Shown here: positions 25,491-33,592 of the stretch, piece after piece | Layout: each line of letters begins with the position of its first letter | Position numbering within the stretch: position 1 is the first letter of the stretch | Source of the DNA: Clostridia bacterium | Lineage (GTDB): Bacteria; Bacillota; Clostridia; Oscillospirales; CAG-272 | Direction: 5' to 3' | DNA: 45,031 bases | NCBI GenBank assembly: GCA_017624395.1 | Contig: JAGANE010000071.1 | Location: 1-45,031, forward strand | Made by a program: the position numbers and the translations under genes | Notes under the pieces: generated by a model | Told to the model about the DNA's origin: nothing | The model's input: the letters and a program-made list of their open reading frames with translations, nothing else | Database searches by the model: none

Positions 25491-28140
25491 TCCCTATCTG
25501 CTGCTTTTGATCCTGCCCGCCGCACTCCTGATCCTGACCACCTTTCTTCTGATCCGAAACAAGGACAACCGTTCCATCGGTTGGACGCTTTCGGTCTGCC
25601 TGCACGTCGTGATCATTTTGCTCGTGGTGCTTGCCGTGGCAGGGCTTGCCTCCACCAGCGTGTTGACCAAGACCACGGTTTACGTGGTGGCGGACGTTTC
25701 GCACTCGTCGGGACGTAATTTAGAGCAGATCGATGCCTACGTGGAGCAGATCTCCCAAAGCCTGCCCGAAAACGCCACCCTCGGTGTGGTCTGCTTTGGC
25801 AAGGACACCGTAGTGCTGACCCCCGCAGGGAGAGCCTTGCGCAGTGTGACCGAGGCAAAGGTGGACGGCAGTGCCACCGATATTGTCGGCGCACTCAATT
25901 ATACCGAGACGCTATTCCATGCCGAAACGCTCAAAAGAATCGTGCTGATCACCGACGGAAACGACACCGTCACGCAAAGCACGGGCTCCATTGCCTCCAC
26001 TGTGGAAAGGTTGACCGAAAACGGCGTCAGGATCGATGCCATTTTCCTCGACAATTCCGTCAAGGAAAACGAGACCGAGGTACAGCTTTTGGAGGCGGAA
26101 TATTCCGATTCGGTCTATCTGGATCACACCAACGAGGTCAAGCTCCTGATCCGCGCCTCCAAGCCCACCGAGACCATGCTGGAGCTTTGGGCAAGACCGC
26201 GCTACACCGACGGAGCCGCCTCGACGGAGTTTGAAAAGCTTCATTACACCGTCGTCACGGCAGATACGGGATTGACCACCGTCAGAATGCAGCTTCCCGC
26301 CGACACGGCAGGGCGCTTTGAATACAAGGTGGAGCTGATTGCGGACGGAGATCTTTCCTCGCACAATAACACGCGCACCTTCCTTCAGACCGTAGTCGGA
26401 AAGACCTCGATCCTGCACATCACGGGCTCAGAGGCCGATAAAGCCTTGGTAGAAGGCTTTTACGGAGACCGTGCCGAGGTCGATGCTTACGTCGTTGCCT
26501 CGTCGGGCAGTATCGTCCCCTTCCGTCTGGAGGAGCTGATCAAATACGACGAGATCCTGATCTCCAACCTTGATATTCGGGAGATCAAGCACGCCAACGC
26601 ATTTATCGATGCACTTGACACGGTGGTATCGCAATACGGAAAAAGCCTGATCACCTTTGGAGATCTGCGCTTGCAGACCAATGCCGATGACGCGACCTTT
26701 CAAAAGCTTGCCGAGCTGTTGCCCGTCACCTTTGGCAACACCAACCGCGACGGCAGACTTTACACCATCGTGCTGGACGTTTCACACAGTATGTTCATGG
26801 CGTCCAAATTCACCATTGCAAAAACCGCCGCCGTCAAGCTTCTCTCGCTGATGGACGACGAGGACTACGTTTATCTCGTTCCTTTTTCGGGCGAGGTCAA
26901 ATTCGACACCCCAACCCCCACCCCCAAAAAGGTAAAGGATTGCAAGCAGGAGCTGATCGCCTATATTGATTCGCTCACCACCAACCACGGCACCGACATT
27001 GCCATGGGACTTGAGGAGGCGCTCAAAACCGTCCTGGCGCAAAACCTTTCCGAAAATCAGGTCATGCTGATCTCGGACGGCTTCAGCTTCAACAGCACGC
27101 GCAGTGCGGTGGACGTTTCCGCCGATCTCTACGCGGCAGGCGCCACCGTTTCCGCCATCAACGCCTTTATCATGTCGGACGGAACCAACGGACACACCAC
27201 CATGCAAAGCGTGGTCGGCGCGGGCGAGGGCGGAAAATACTATGAGATCTCCACCCCCGAGCGTGTGGAGGACGTCGTTTTTGGGGATATGGCAAACGAC
27301 GTGGGCAACGTCATCGTTGAAAAGGACGTCAGCGTTGGCATTGCAAAATACGGTGACGCCGCCGTAGAGGGCTTTGTTTCCTTCCCCGATGCATCGGGCT
27401 TTATCATCGCATTGGAAAAATACGACGCCACCGTCCCCCTGACATTGACCTATCAAAAGGCAAACGGATATCAGGAGACCGTTCCCTTTTACGCGTATCG
27501 CGCACACGGAAACGGCAGGGTCGCAAGTCTGACGGGAAATTTGACGGGAGAATGGACCAAGCATTGGACGGATGCCGACAAGGCAAAATTCCTTTCCAAC
27601 GTCTTTTCTTCCAACGCCCCCGCACGTCGGATCGATTACCCGTTCTCGCTCAAGCTGGAGAAAACCGATTACGATGCGTATCTGGAGATCGTTCCGGGCG
27701 TTCTTGATCCGACAGCCGTAACCACCGTCAGGATCACAACCCCCGACGGCAGAGCGACCACCAAAACGCTGCATTTTGATTCCGCCAAGTATTTTTACGG
27801 CTTCTCCACCCTGCAAACAGGCTGCTACCACATTGCCGTCAGCTATGCCTATGCAGGACATACCTATACTGCGGAGCTTGCGTTTGAGCTGGCATATCTG
27901 CCCGAATACAACGCCTTTGCTTCCTTTGATAAGTATAACGTCTACCGCTTTATGCGCGGCAACGGAGACACCGTACAGGACGCGATCCCAAGTCTGGAGA
28001 ACGCCCAAAACGAGGTCACGACCTACAAGGTCAGCTATGCGGTCCCGCTGCTGCTTGCGGCAACCGTTCTGTTTGTCATTGATATTCTCATGCGTAAGCT
28101 GCGCTTCCGAAAAAGGGCAGCAAGAGCAAAAAAAGCCTGA
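25468..28140 (+). CDS. BatB-like membrane protein with an N-terminal double-TM segment, two vWA domains and a C-terminal TM anchor
   Basis: I prefer the start at ATG 25468 (MKNISFDNPYLLLLILPAALLIL). There are two MIDAS motifs, VADVSHS and VLDVSHS. The C-terminus VPLLLAATVLFVIDILMRKLRFRKRAARAKKA is a TM helix plus a basic tail. Confidence 0.85.
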   Translation: MKNISFDNPYLLLLILPAALLILTTFLLIRNKDNRSIGWTLSVCLHVVIILLVVLAVAGLASTSVLTKTTVYVVADVSHSSGRNLEQIDAYVEQISQSLPENATLGVVCFGKDTVVLTPAGRALRSVTEAKVDGSATDIVGALNYTETLFHAETLKRIVLITDGNDTVTQSTGSIASTVERLTENGVRIDAIFLDNSVKENETEVQLLEAEYSDSVYLDHTNEVKLLIRASKPTETMLELWARPRYTDGAASTEFEKLHYTVVTADTGLTTVRMQLPADTAGRFEYKVELIADGDLSSHNNTRTFLQTVVGKTSILHITGSEADKALVEGFYGDRAEVDAYVVASSGSIVPFRLEELIKYDEILISNLDIREIKHANAFIDALDTVVSQYGKSLITFGDLRLQTNADDATFQKLAELLPVTFGNTNRDGRLYTIVLDVSHSMFMASKFTIAKTAAVKLLSLMDDEDYVYLVPFSGEVKFDTPTPTPKKVKDCKQELIAYIDSLTTNHGTDIAMGLEEALKTVLAQNLSENQVMLISDGFSFNSTRSAVDVSADLYAAGATVSAINAFIMSDGTNGHTTMQSVVGAGEGGKYYEISTPERVEDVVFGDMANDVGNVIVEKDVSVGIAKYGDAAVEGFVSFPDASGFIIALEKYDATVPLTLTYQKANGYQETVPFYAYRAHGNGRVASLTGNLTGEWTKHWTDADKAKFLSNVFSSNAPARRIDYPFSLKLEKTDYDAYLEIVPGVLDPTAVTTVRITTPDGRATTKTLHFDSAKYFYGFSTLQTGCYHIAVSYAYAGHTYTAELAFELAYLPEYNAFASFDKYNVYRFMRGNGDTVQDAIPSLENAQNEVTTYKVSYAVPLLLAATVLFVIDILMRKLRFRKRAARAKKA

Positions 28141-28153
28141 AAGGAGAACGAAC

Positions 28154-29737
28154 ATGAAAGCAACGATCAAGCTTACGGCATTTCTGCTCGCTCTCTCGCT
28201 TCTCGTAGCTCTGACGGCGTGTAACGGAGAATTTCAATTTGCCATCGGCGGAAACCATAACGGCGATGAGGGAGGGGAAAGTGAATTTATTCCCCCCACG
28301 CTCAACGACGATCCCTCCGATGACTTTACTGTCACCGTTTTAGCGGACGGCGAGGCGTACACCCCGCGTACCGAGATGTACGTTTATTGGAATGACGGCT
28401 TCAGTATCCACACGGCAAAGCTGAACGAGCAGGGCGTGGCACGCATTGACGGCCTTGACGGCGATTACCGCGTCACTCTCTCCAATCTTCCCAACGAATA
28501 TACCTACGATCCCAACGGCAACGTTGCCACCAACGACAACCGCAATATCGTGGTGGAGCTGTATAAGCTCAATTTTCTGACAGGCTCGGGAACGGGGATC
28601 TACGATTGCTACGCCTTTTCCAAAACGGGCGTCTATGCGGCAACCATCAAGGATCCCGACGACGCCATCTACTTTCAGTATGCGCCCAATCAAAGCGGAA
28701 CCTACACGATTGAAAGCTGGATCGACGTGACCGAGGATTGCATTGACCCCTACATTGAGGTCTGGGGCGGCTCCTCACAGTTCAAATATTACGTCCGAAC
28801 CATTTACAGCGGCGGTGCCGTGGGGAGCTACACCATGAATTTTGTCCACACGGTGCAGATCGCGGACGAGAATATCAGCGCGGGCGGTCAGGCAACCTAC
28901 ACCTTTGCCGTCAAGGCGGATTCCAGAGACGGAAAATATCCCATCACCGTCACCTTTGCCGTCAAGCGCAACGGTGGATTTGAATCCAACCGCCCCGGCA
29001 AGGTCACAGGAATGGCGATCCCCACCTTTGATTTTTCAAACTTTGACCGTGCGGCGCACGAGTACGGAGAGGAATACTCCCTGAAGTACCCCGAATATCG
29101 CTATGCCGAGGGAAGTAACACGTTTGTATTCAACGAAAAGGGCTACAAGCTATGGAAGATCGAGCAGGGCGGTGACGGCTTTTACCACGTCTTTGACACG
29201 GAAAAATATGCGGCGACGGGCGGCTACGGTCCCATTCTTTACGCCAATGTCACCACACCGTGCCGATTCATTGACCGCGCGTTTACCGAGATCGAATACC
29301 GCAACGGAGAGACCATCAACGCCGCGCTTTCGGTAGGAGGGCTGAACTACAAGCACTTTTTTGAGGGCTATACCTTCCTCTCCACCTACGGAAACATCAA
29401 CGGCGGCAGCTATTATTGCACAAGCGAATGCACCTGCCACAAGACCTCTGAGCCTGCAGGCTGGGCTTGCACCAACGATTGCACCAACTGCCACGAGGAC
29501 TGCCGCAGGATTCCTGCCGAGCTGATTGGACATGAGGGCTATCAGGCATACGCCAACTCCGACGGTCTTGTTCCCGTCACCGAGGAGCTGCAAAAATTCT
29601 TGCAGGCATATTGCATGAAGGAGATCCTGTTCTACGACGGCAAGGGCACGTTGGAAACACAGCCGTTTGGTGGAAGATATTTTCAGGCAGTCGGTGAATC
29701 GGGCTGGTTATTTGCCTGCGTTTACTATCAAAAATAA
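28154..29737 (+). CDS. lipoprotein (527 aa) with a C-terminal 8-Cys cluster; function unknown
   Basis: ATG at 28154 after AAGGAG (the listed ORF 27776-29737 is a read-through extension). Signal peptide MKATIKLTAFLLALSLLVALTAC with lipobox LTAC. The Cys cluster is CTSECTCHKTSEPAGWACTNDCTNCHEDC. Confidence 0.8.
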   Translation: MKATIKLTAFLLALSLLVALTACNGEFQFAIGGNHNGDEGGESEFIPPTLNDDPSDDFTVTVLADGEAYTPRTEMYVYWNDGFSIHTAKLNEQGVARIDGLDGDYRVTLSNLPNEYTYDPNGNVATNDNRNIVVELYKLNFLTGSGTGIYDCYAFSKTGVYAATIKDPDDAIYFQYAPNQSGTYTIESWIDVTEDCIDPYIEVWGGSSQFKYYVRTIYSGGAVGSYTMNFVHTVQIADENISAGGQATYTFAVKADSRDGKYPITVTFAVKRNGGFESNRPGKVTGMAIPTFDFSNFDRAAHEYGEEYSLKYPEYRYAEGSNTFVFNEKGYKLWKIEQGGDGFYHVFDTEKYAATGGYGPILYANVTTPCRFIDRAFTEIEYRNGETINAALSVGGLNYKHFFEGYTFLSTYGNINGGSYYCTSECTCHKTSEPAGWACTNDCTNCHEDCRRIPAELIGHEGYQAYANSDGLVPVTEELQKFLQAYCMKEILFYDGKGTLETQPFGGRYFQAVGESGWLFACVYYQK

Positions 29738-29757
29738 TAGCAGATCCTGTATTTTTT

Positions 29758-29791
29758 ACCGATTTATGCAGTTTTCTTTGTATAAATCGGT
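29758..29791 (+). terminator. AT-rich 10-bp inverted repeat ACCGATTTAT-N14-ATAAATCGGT; probable end of the 7-gene operon
   Basis: Perfect 10-bp arms 21 nt after the stop at 29737. A T7 run lies 15 nt downstream, which is not a canonical U-tract position. Confidence 0.4.
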
Positions 29792-29820
29792 AAAAACGGG
29801 AATTTTTTTCAAAAAAGTGA

Positions 29821-29849
29821 TTGAAATTCCCACATTGATGTGATATAAT
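29821..29849 (+). promoter_or_regulatory. consensus sigma-A promoter TTGAAA-N17-TGaTATAAT
   Basis: TTGAAA at 29821-29826, exact 17-nt spacer, extended -10 TGaTATAAT with TATAAT at 29844-29849, 130 nt upstream of the ATG at 29980. Confidence 0.65.
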
Positions 29850-29979
29850 AAAAGTTACTTTTTATCGGTATTTTTCAAACGGCACGCCGCGTGCTGACAT
29901 TACACGTGCCAAAATACCTCTTCCATTTGGTTTTTGTTTGAGCAAAACAAAAAATATATATTAAAGGAGGCTCTTTATC

Positions 29980-32900
29980 ATGAAAAGAGTAATTGCTCTC
30001 CTTTTGTGTCTGGTTCTCGTAGCTTGCAGCTTCATCGCTTGCGACGAAACAGAAACAAAGGAACCCGCCACCCACGTACATACCTATGCCGAGACCTGGT
30101 CCTCGGACGCAGAAGGACACTGGTATGACGCAACCTGCACCTGCACCGATGCACCCCTGAGAAAGCTGGCTCACACCGATGCCAACAACGACGGCGCGTG
30201 CGACGTTTGCACCTTCTCCAACCACACGCATACCTATGCGGAGGGCTGGACGGCAGATTGCACCAACCACTGGCGCGCAGCTGACTGCGGTCATATCGTA
30301 GCAGGCACCGACGTTCAGGCGCACGCCGATACCAACGAGGACGGCAAGTGCGACACTTGCGCATATGTCATCGAGGACATTCACACGCACTACTACGCAA
30401 CCGCATGGAGCCATGATGCTGACAATCACTGGCATGCCGCACTCTGTGAGCATAGCGTAGAGGTTGCCGACAAGGCGGCTCACGAGATCAACGCAGCAGG
30501 CGTTTGCACGGTTTGTCAGGCAAAGGTCAAAGAGGTCGATACCACAAATCTTGGCGAGCTTCTTGCCGCATCCGTTGCCAACAACCACAAGGTTGTCAGC
30601 GGTAAGGTCATGTATGCGTACACCATTCCCGAGTTTGACATGACCTCCACTCACGCACAGTACTACACGCTCGGAAACGGTTCCACTTACGTCAACCGCG
30701 AGCAATACGAGGTTTCCAACCAGAGCTGGTATCAGCTGATTGGTGAGGACGAGGTATTTGGCGTTACCACCTATGACGGTGGTTATACGCTGGAGCCCGT
30801 TGCAGTCGGCGTTGCCGAAATGGGCGGATATACCTACACTCCCTCCACCCTGCTTGCAGGCTTCGAAAACACCTCCTCGCTTTCGGAAACGCTGTATGAG
30901 CTCTATACGCTCTCCCAAAATGAGGGTGTTTCCGAGTACACGGTCAAGCACAATGCTGCAACCAAGTCTTACAGCTTCTCTTATACCTATCTGATCGTCA
31001 ACAAGGTTTCGGGCGGTGAAAGCCTCGGTGGCAACGATGAAAATCCTTCTGCCAACGTTGAAACCTACAACACCAGCCTCTTTACCGTTGACGTAAAATT
31101 CACCTATGATGAAAACTACGTCATCACCACGGCAGATTTCATCGTCGGTGCTTACAACGAGGCCATTGACGGTGACTACTCCTACGATCCCACCACGGGC
31201 AAGGTAACCCTTGTTGAAAACGCTTATGCCGATACCTATACCTACAACGTATACCAGACGGCAGGCGAGAGAACCTACTCCACCGAGTATCCCAAGGCAT
31301 CCATCGTTCCCTCCGCATTCAATCTTTCCTACAAGGACGAGATCATTGGTGAAAAGGTCACCGTGGATGCAGGCGTTTACACGCAGTTCTCTCTTACCGA
31401 GATCCTCCCCTTGGGCGCACTGATCAACTTTATCGAGCCCGAAGACGTTGTGATCGAGGTTAAGAACGACGATGCACAGGCAACCATGCAGACCGTTGAT
31501 ATGTTGTACAGCAATTGGAGCTATACAATCGGCTTCAACGCAAACTCGTTGGATTACGTCGGTACCTACACCGTAACCGTGTCCTACGCAGGCAACCTGA
31601 TCAAGACCTTCAAGATGGAGATCAAGACCCCTGCCGTTGGCAAAGTTCTTGCTTGTGTATTTGAAAATCAATGGGGTTGGGACGGCGAGGTTTACACCGC
31701 AAACGAGGATACCGCTGTAACCAATGCAACATTGGAAGCAGGCGAGGTACTTGACTTTGTTGGTCTGATCAAGCCCACGCTGCTCGCACAAAACTATACC
31801 GTAAAGGTCATTGATGAAAACGATGCCGACGTTACGGCTACCACCATCAGCAAGGCAACCCTTGCCGATGCAATGGTATTCTACGAATATCAGGCATCCT
31901 ACGAGGCTTACCGCTTCTCCACCGACGTTGCGGGAACCTACAAGGTGATCGTTACCTCCACCGAGGACACCACCGTTTCCGCCACCCTGACCGTGACCGT
32001 GGAGGCGGCTCCCGTGCTTTCCGAGAGCGCAACCTACGAATTCGTTACCCCCGGTAACTTTGCACAAACCGACGAGGTCACCTTTACGGCCGGTACCGCA
32101 GGCACCTACGTTATTTCCGCAGAGGGTCTGGCAGACACCACTTGGCTCCAATACTACGATGCTGCTGAGGATATGTGGCCTCAGATCCAGGGTAATCTTC
32201 CTTACTCCGTTGAGCTTGAGGCAGGCGAGACGTTGACACTCAGACTGTTTGGTTGGGATGATACCGTCGCGGGTACTCCCGTTACCGTTACCGTTGAAAA
32301 GGCAGTAGAATCCATCAGCGGCACCTACATCGGTACCGACGATTGGGGCAACGCATTCCTCACCGTTGAGATCGACGATGATGCAAAGACTGCAATCTTC
32401 ACCTTCAATCATCCTATGTTTGGTCCCTCCTCGGCAGCCTTCACCTACACCGTTGATGCCGATGACACCGTAACTCTTTACGATGCGGAAGGTAACGTTG
32501 TAAATCCCATGGCAGGCAGATTGACTTTGACCGACGGCAAGCCCACCTCTGCCGATTACAACGGCTCCGTTTACTCGCTGACCAAAAAGGAACCCATCAG
32601 CGGTACCTACATCGGCACCGACAATTGGGGCAACGCATTTCTCACCGTTGAGATCGACGATGATGCAAAGACCGCAATCTTCACCTTTAACCATCCTATG
32701 CTTGGTTCTTCCTCTGTAAGCTACACCTATGAGGTAGACGCAGAAGGCACCGTAACCCTTTACGATGAGGAGGGTAACGTTGTAAATCCCATGGCAGGAA
32801 TGCTTGTCTTTACCGATGGCAAGCCCACCTCCGCTGATTACAACGGCACGCACTACACGCTGGCAAAAGAGGGTGCAACCAATGGAAGCGAAGGAAACGG

Positions 32901-33198
32901 AACCGAGGCAGACCCCTATATTCTTACCGAAACAGGGGACTACGTATGTGAATTTCCCGGCGGTTGGAATCCCATTTGGTATGCATTTACCGCTACCGAG
33001 GATGGAATCATTACCGTTTCCTCCACATTTGCAACGGCTTGGTTGATGTGCGGTGAAGATCCCATGTTTGCCGAAAACAACTTTGGCGACGGCTCTGCTG
33101 TATCCTATACCGTCACCGCAGGCACTACTGTTTACATTGGTGTCGGTGATTGGGATGAGGCAGAAATTGATGTTCCTTTCACTGTTACTGTTGAATAA
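29980..33198 (+). CDS. large surface lipoprotein (1072 aa) with three N-terminal His/Cys/Asp modules and a tandemly duplicated 94-aa domain
   Basis: RBS AAGGAGG. Signal peptide MKRVIALLLCLVLVACSFIAC with lipobox LVAC or FIAC. The rest is Thr/Val/Tyr-rich beta-type sequence, and a strong terminator follows. Confidence 0.85.
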   Translation: MKRVIALLLCLVLVACSFIACDETETKEPATHVHTYAETWSSDAEGHWYDATCTCTDAPLRKLAHTDANNDGACDVCTFSNHTHTYAEGWTADCTNHWRAADCGHIVAGTDVQAHADTNEDGKCDTCAYVIEDIHTHYYATAWSHDADNHWHAALCEHSVEVADKAAHEINAAGVCTVCQAKVKEVDTTNLGELLAASVANNHKVVSGKVMYAYTIPEFDMTSTHAQYYTLGNGSTYVNREQYEVSNQSWYQLIGEDEVFGVTTYDGGYTLEPVAVGVAEMGGYTYTPSTLLAGFENTSSLSETLYELYTLSQNEGVSEYTVKHNAATKSYSFSYTYLIVNKVSGGESLGGNDENPSANVETYNTSLFTVDVKFTYDENYVITTADFIVGAYNEAIDGDYSYDPTTGKVTLVENAYADTYTYNVYQTAGERTYSTEYPKASIVPSAFNLSYKDEIIGEKVTVDAGVYTQFSLTEILPLGALINFIEPEDVVIEVKNDDAQATMQTVDMLYSNWSYTIGFNANSLDYVGTYTVTVSYAGNLIKTFKMEIKTPAVGKVLACVFENQWGWDGEVYTANEDTAVTNATLEAGEVLDFVGLIKPTLLAQNYTVKVIDENDADVTATTISKATLADAMVFYEYQASYEAYRFSTDVAGTYKVIVTSTEDTTVSATLTVTVEAAPVLSESATYEFVTPGNFAQTDEVTFTAGTAGTYVISAEGLADTTWLQYYDAAEDMWPQIQGNLPYSVELEAGETLTLRLFGWDDTVAGTPVTVTVEKAVESISGTYIGTDDWGNAFLTVEIDDDAKTAIFTFNHPMFGPSSAAFTYTVDADDTVTLYDAEGNVVNPMAGRLTLTDGKPTSADYNGSVYSLTKKEPISGTYIGTDNWGNAFLTVEIDDDAKTAIFTFNHPMLGSSSVSYTYEVDAEGTVTLYDEEGNVVNPMAGMLVFTDGKPTSADYNGTHYTLAKEGATNGSEGNGTEADPYILTETGDYVCEFPGGWNPIWYAFTATEDGIITVSSTFATAWLMCGEDPMFAENNFGDGSAVSYTVTAGTTVYIGVGDWDEAEIDVPFTVTVE
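32314..32877 (+). repeat. in-frame tandem duplication, 2 x 282 nt (94 aa), inside the 1072-aa gene
   Basis: ISGTYIGTDDWGNAFLTVEIDDDAKTAIFTFNHPM... at 32314 is repeated at 32596 (ISGTYIGTDNWGNAFLTVEIDDDAKTAIFTFNHPM...). By eye the first ~100 nt are nearly identical; the second half is more diverged. Confidence 0.85.
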
Positions 33199-33212
33199 TA
33201 TCATTCATTTTA

Positions 33213-33242
33213 CCCACACCGCGAGAGCGGTGTGGGTTTTTT
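33213..33242 (+). terminator. rho-independent terminator of the 1072-aa gene
   Basis: CCCACACCGC-gaga-GCGGTGTGGG followed by T6, 15 nt after the stop codon. Confidence 0.88.
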
Positions 33243-33274
33243 ATATCAAAAAAAGGGTTCTTGGCGTACAATTA

Positions 33275-33315
33275 CCCCCTTGATATGGCATCTTTATTCT
33301 ACCATATCAAGGGGG
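33275..33315. repeat. perfect 14-bp inverted repeat CCCCCTTGATATGG-N13-CCATATCAAGGGGG
   Basis: Read directly. It lies in the convergent intergenic region and is not followed by a U-tract on either strand. Confidence 0.6.
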
Positions 33316-33592
33316 GTGTCTATTGTCCGTTTTAACAGACTTGTGCATGGCGAGGGAAGGGGACCGCTTGTCGTGACGGAGGGATTGTAAAAAGCAAAAA
33401 TCTTTCTAAAACAATCGCTCAGTCGCCTTGCGGTGACAGCTCGCGAGTCGCTTTTGGCGATTTCGGCGCGGCTTGCCGCCTACCCTTCTACACAAGGGAG
33501 CCTCTGGCGGTCGTCGATGTTTGGTCAGTATTTCGTGGGTTAAAACCGTCCTTAAGAAGCCACGGCATATACTTCGGGGATTTTGTTTTGGT

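Noticed and set aside
27776-28153. N-terminal 126-codon extension of ORF 27776-29737, overlapping the end of the double-vWA gene.
   Set aside because: The extension is an out-of-frame read-through of the upstream gene. A strong RBS (AAGGAG) followed by an ATG at 28154 starts a classic lipoprotein signal peptide.
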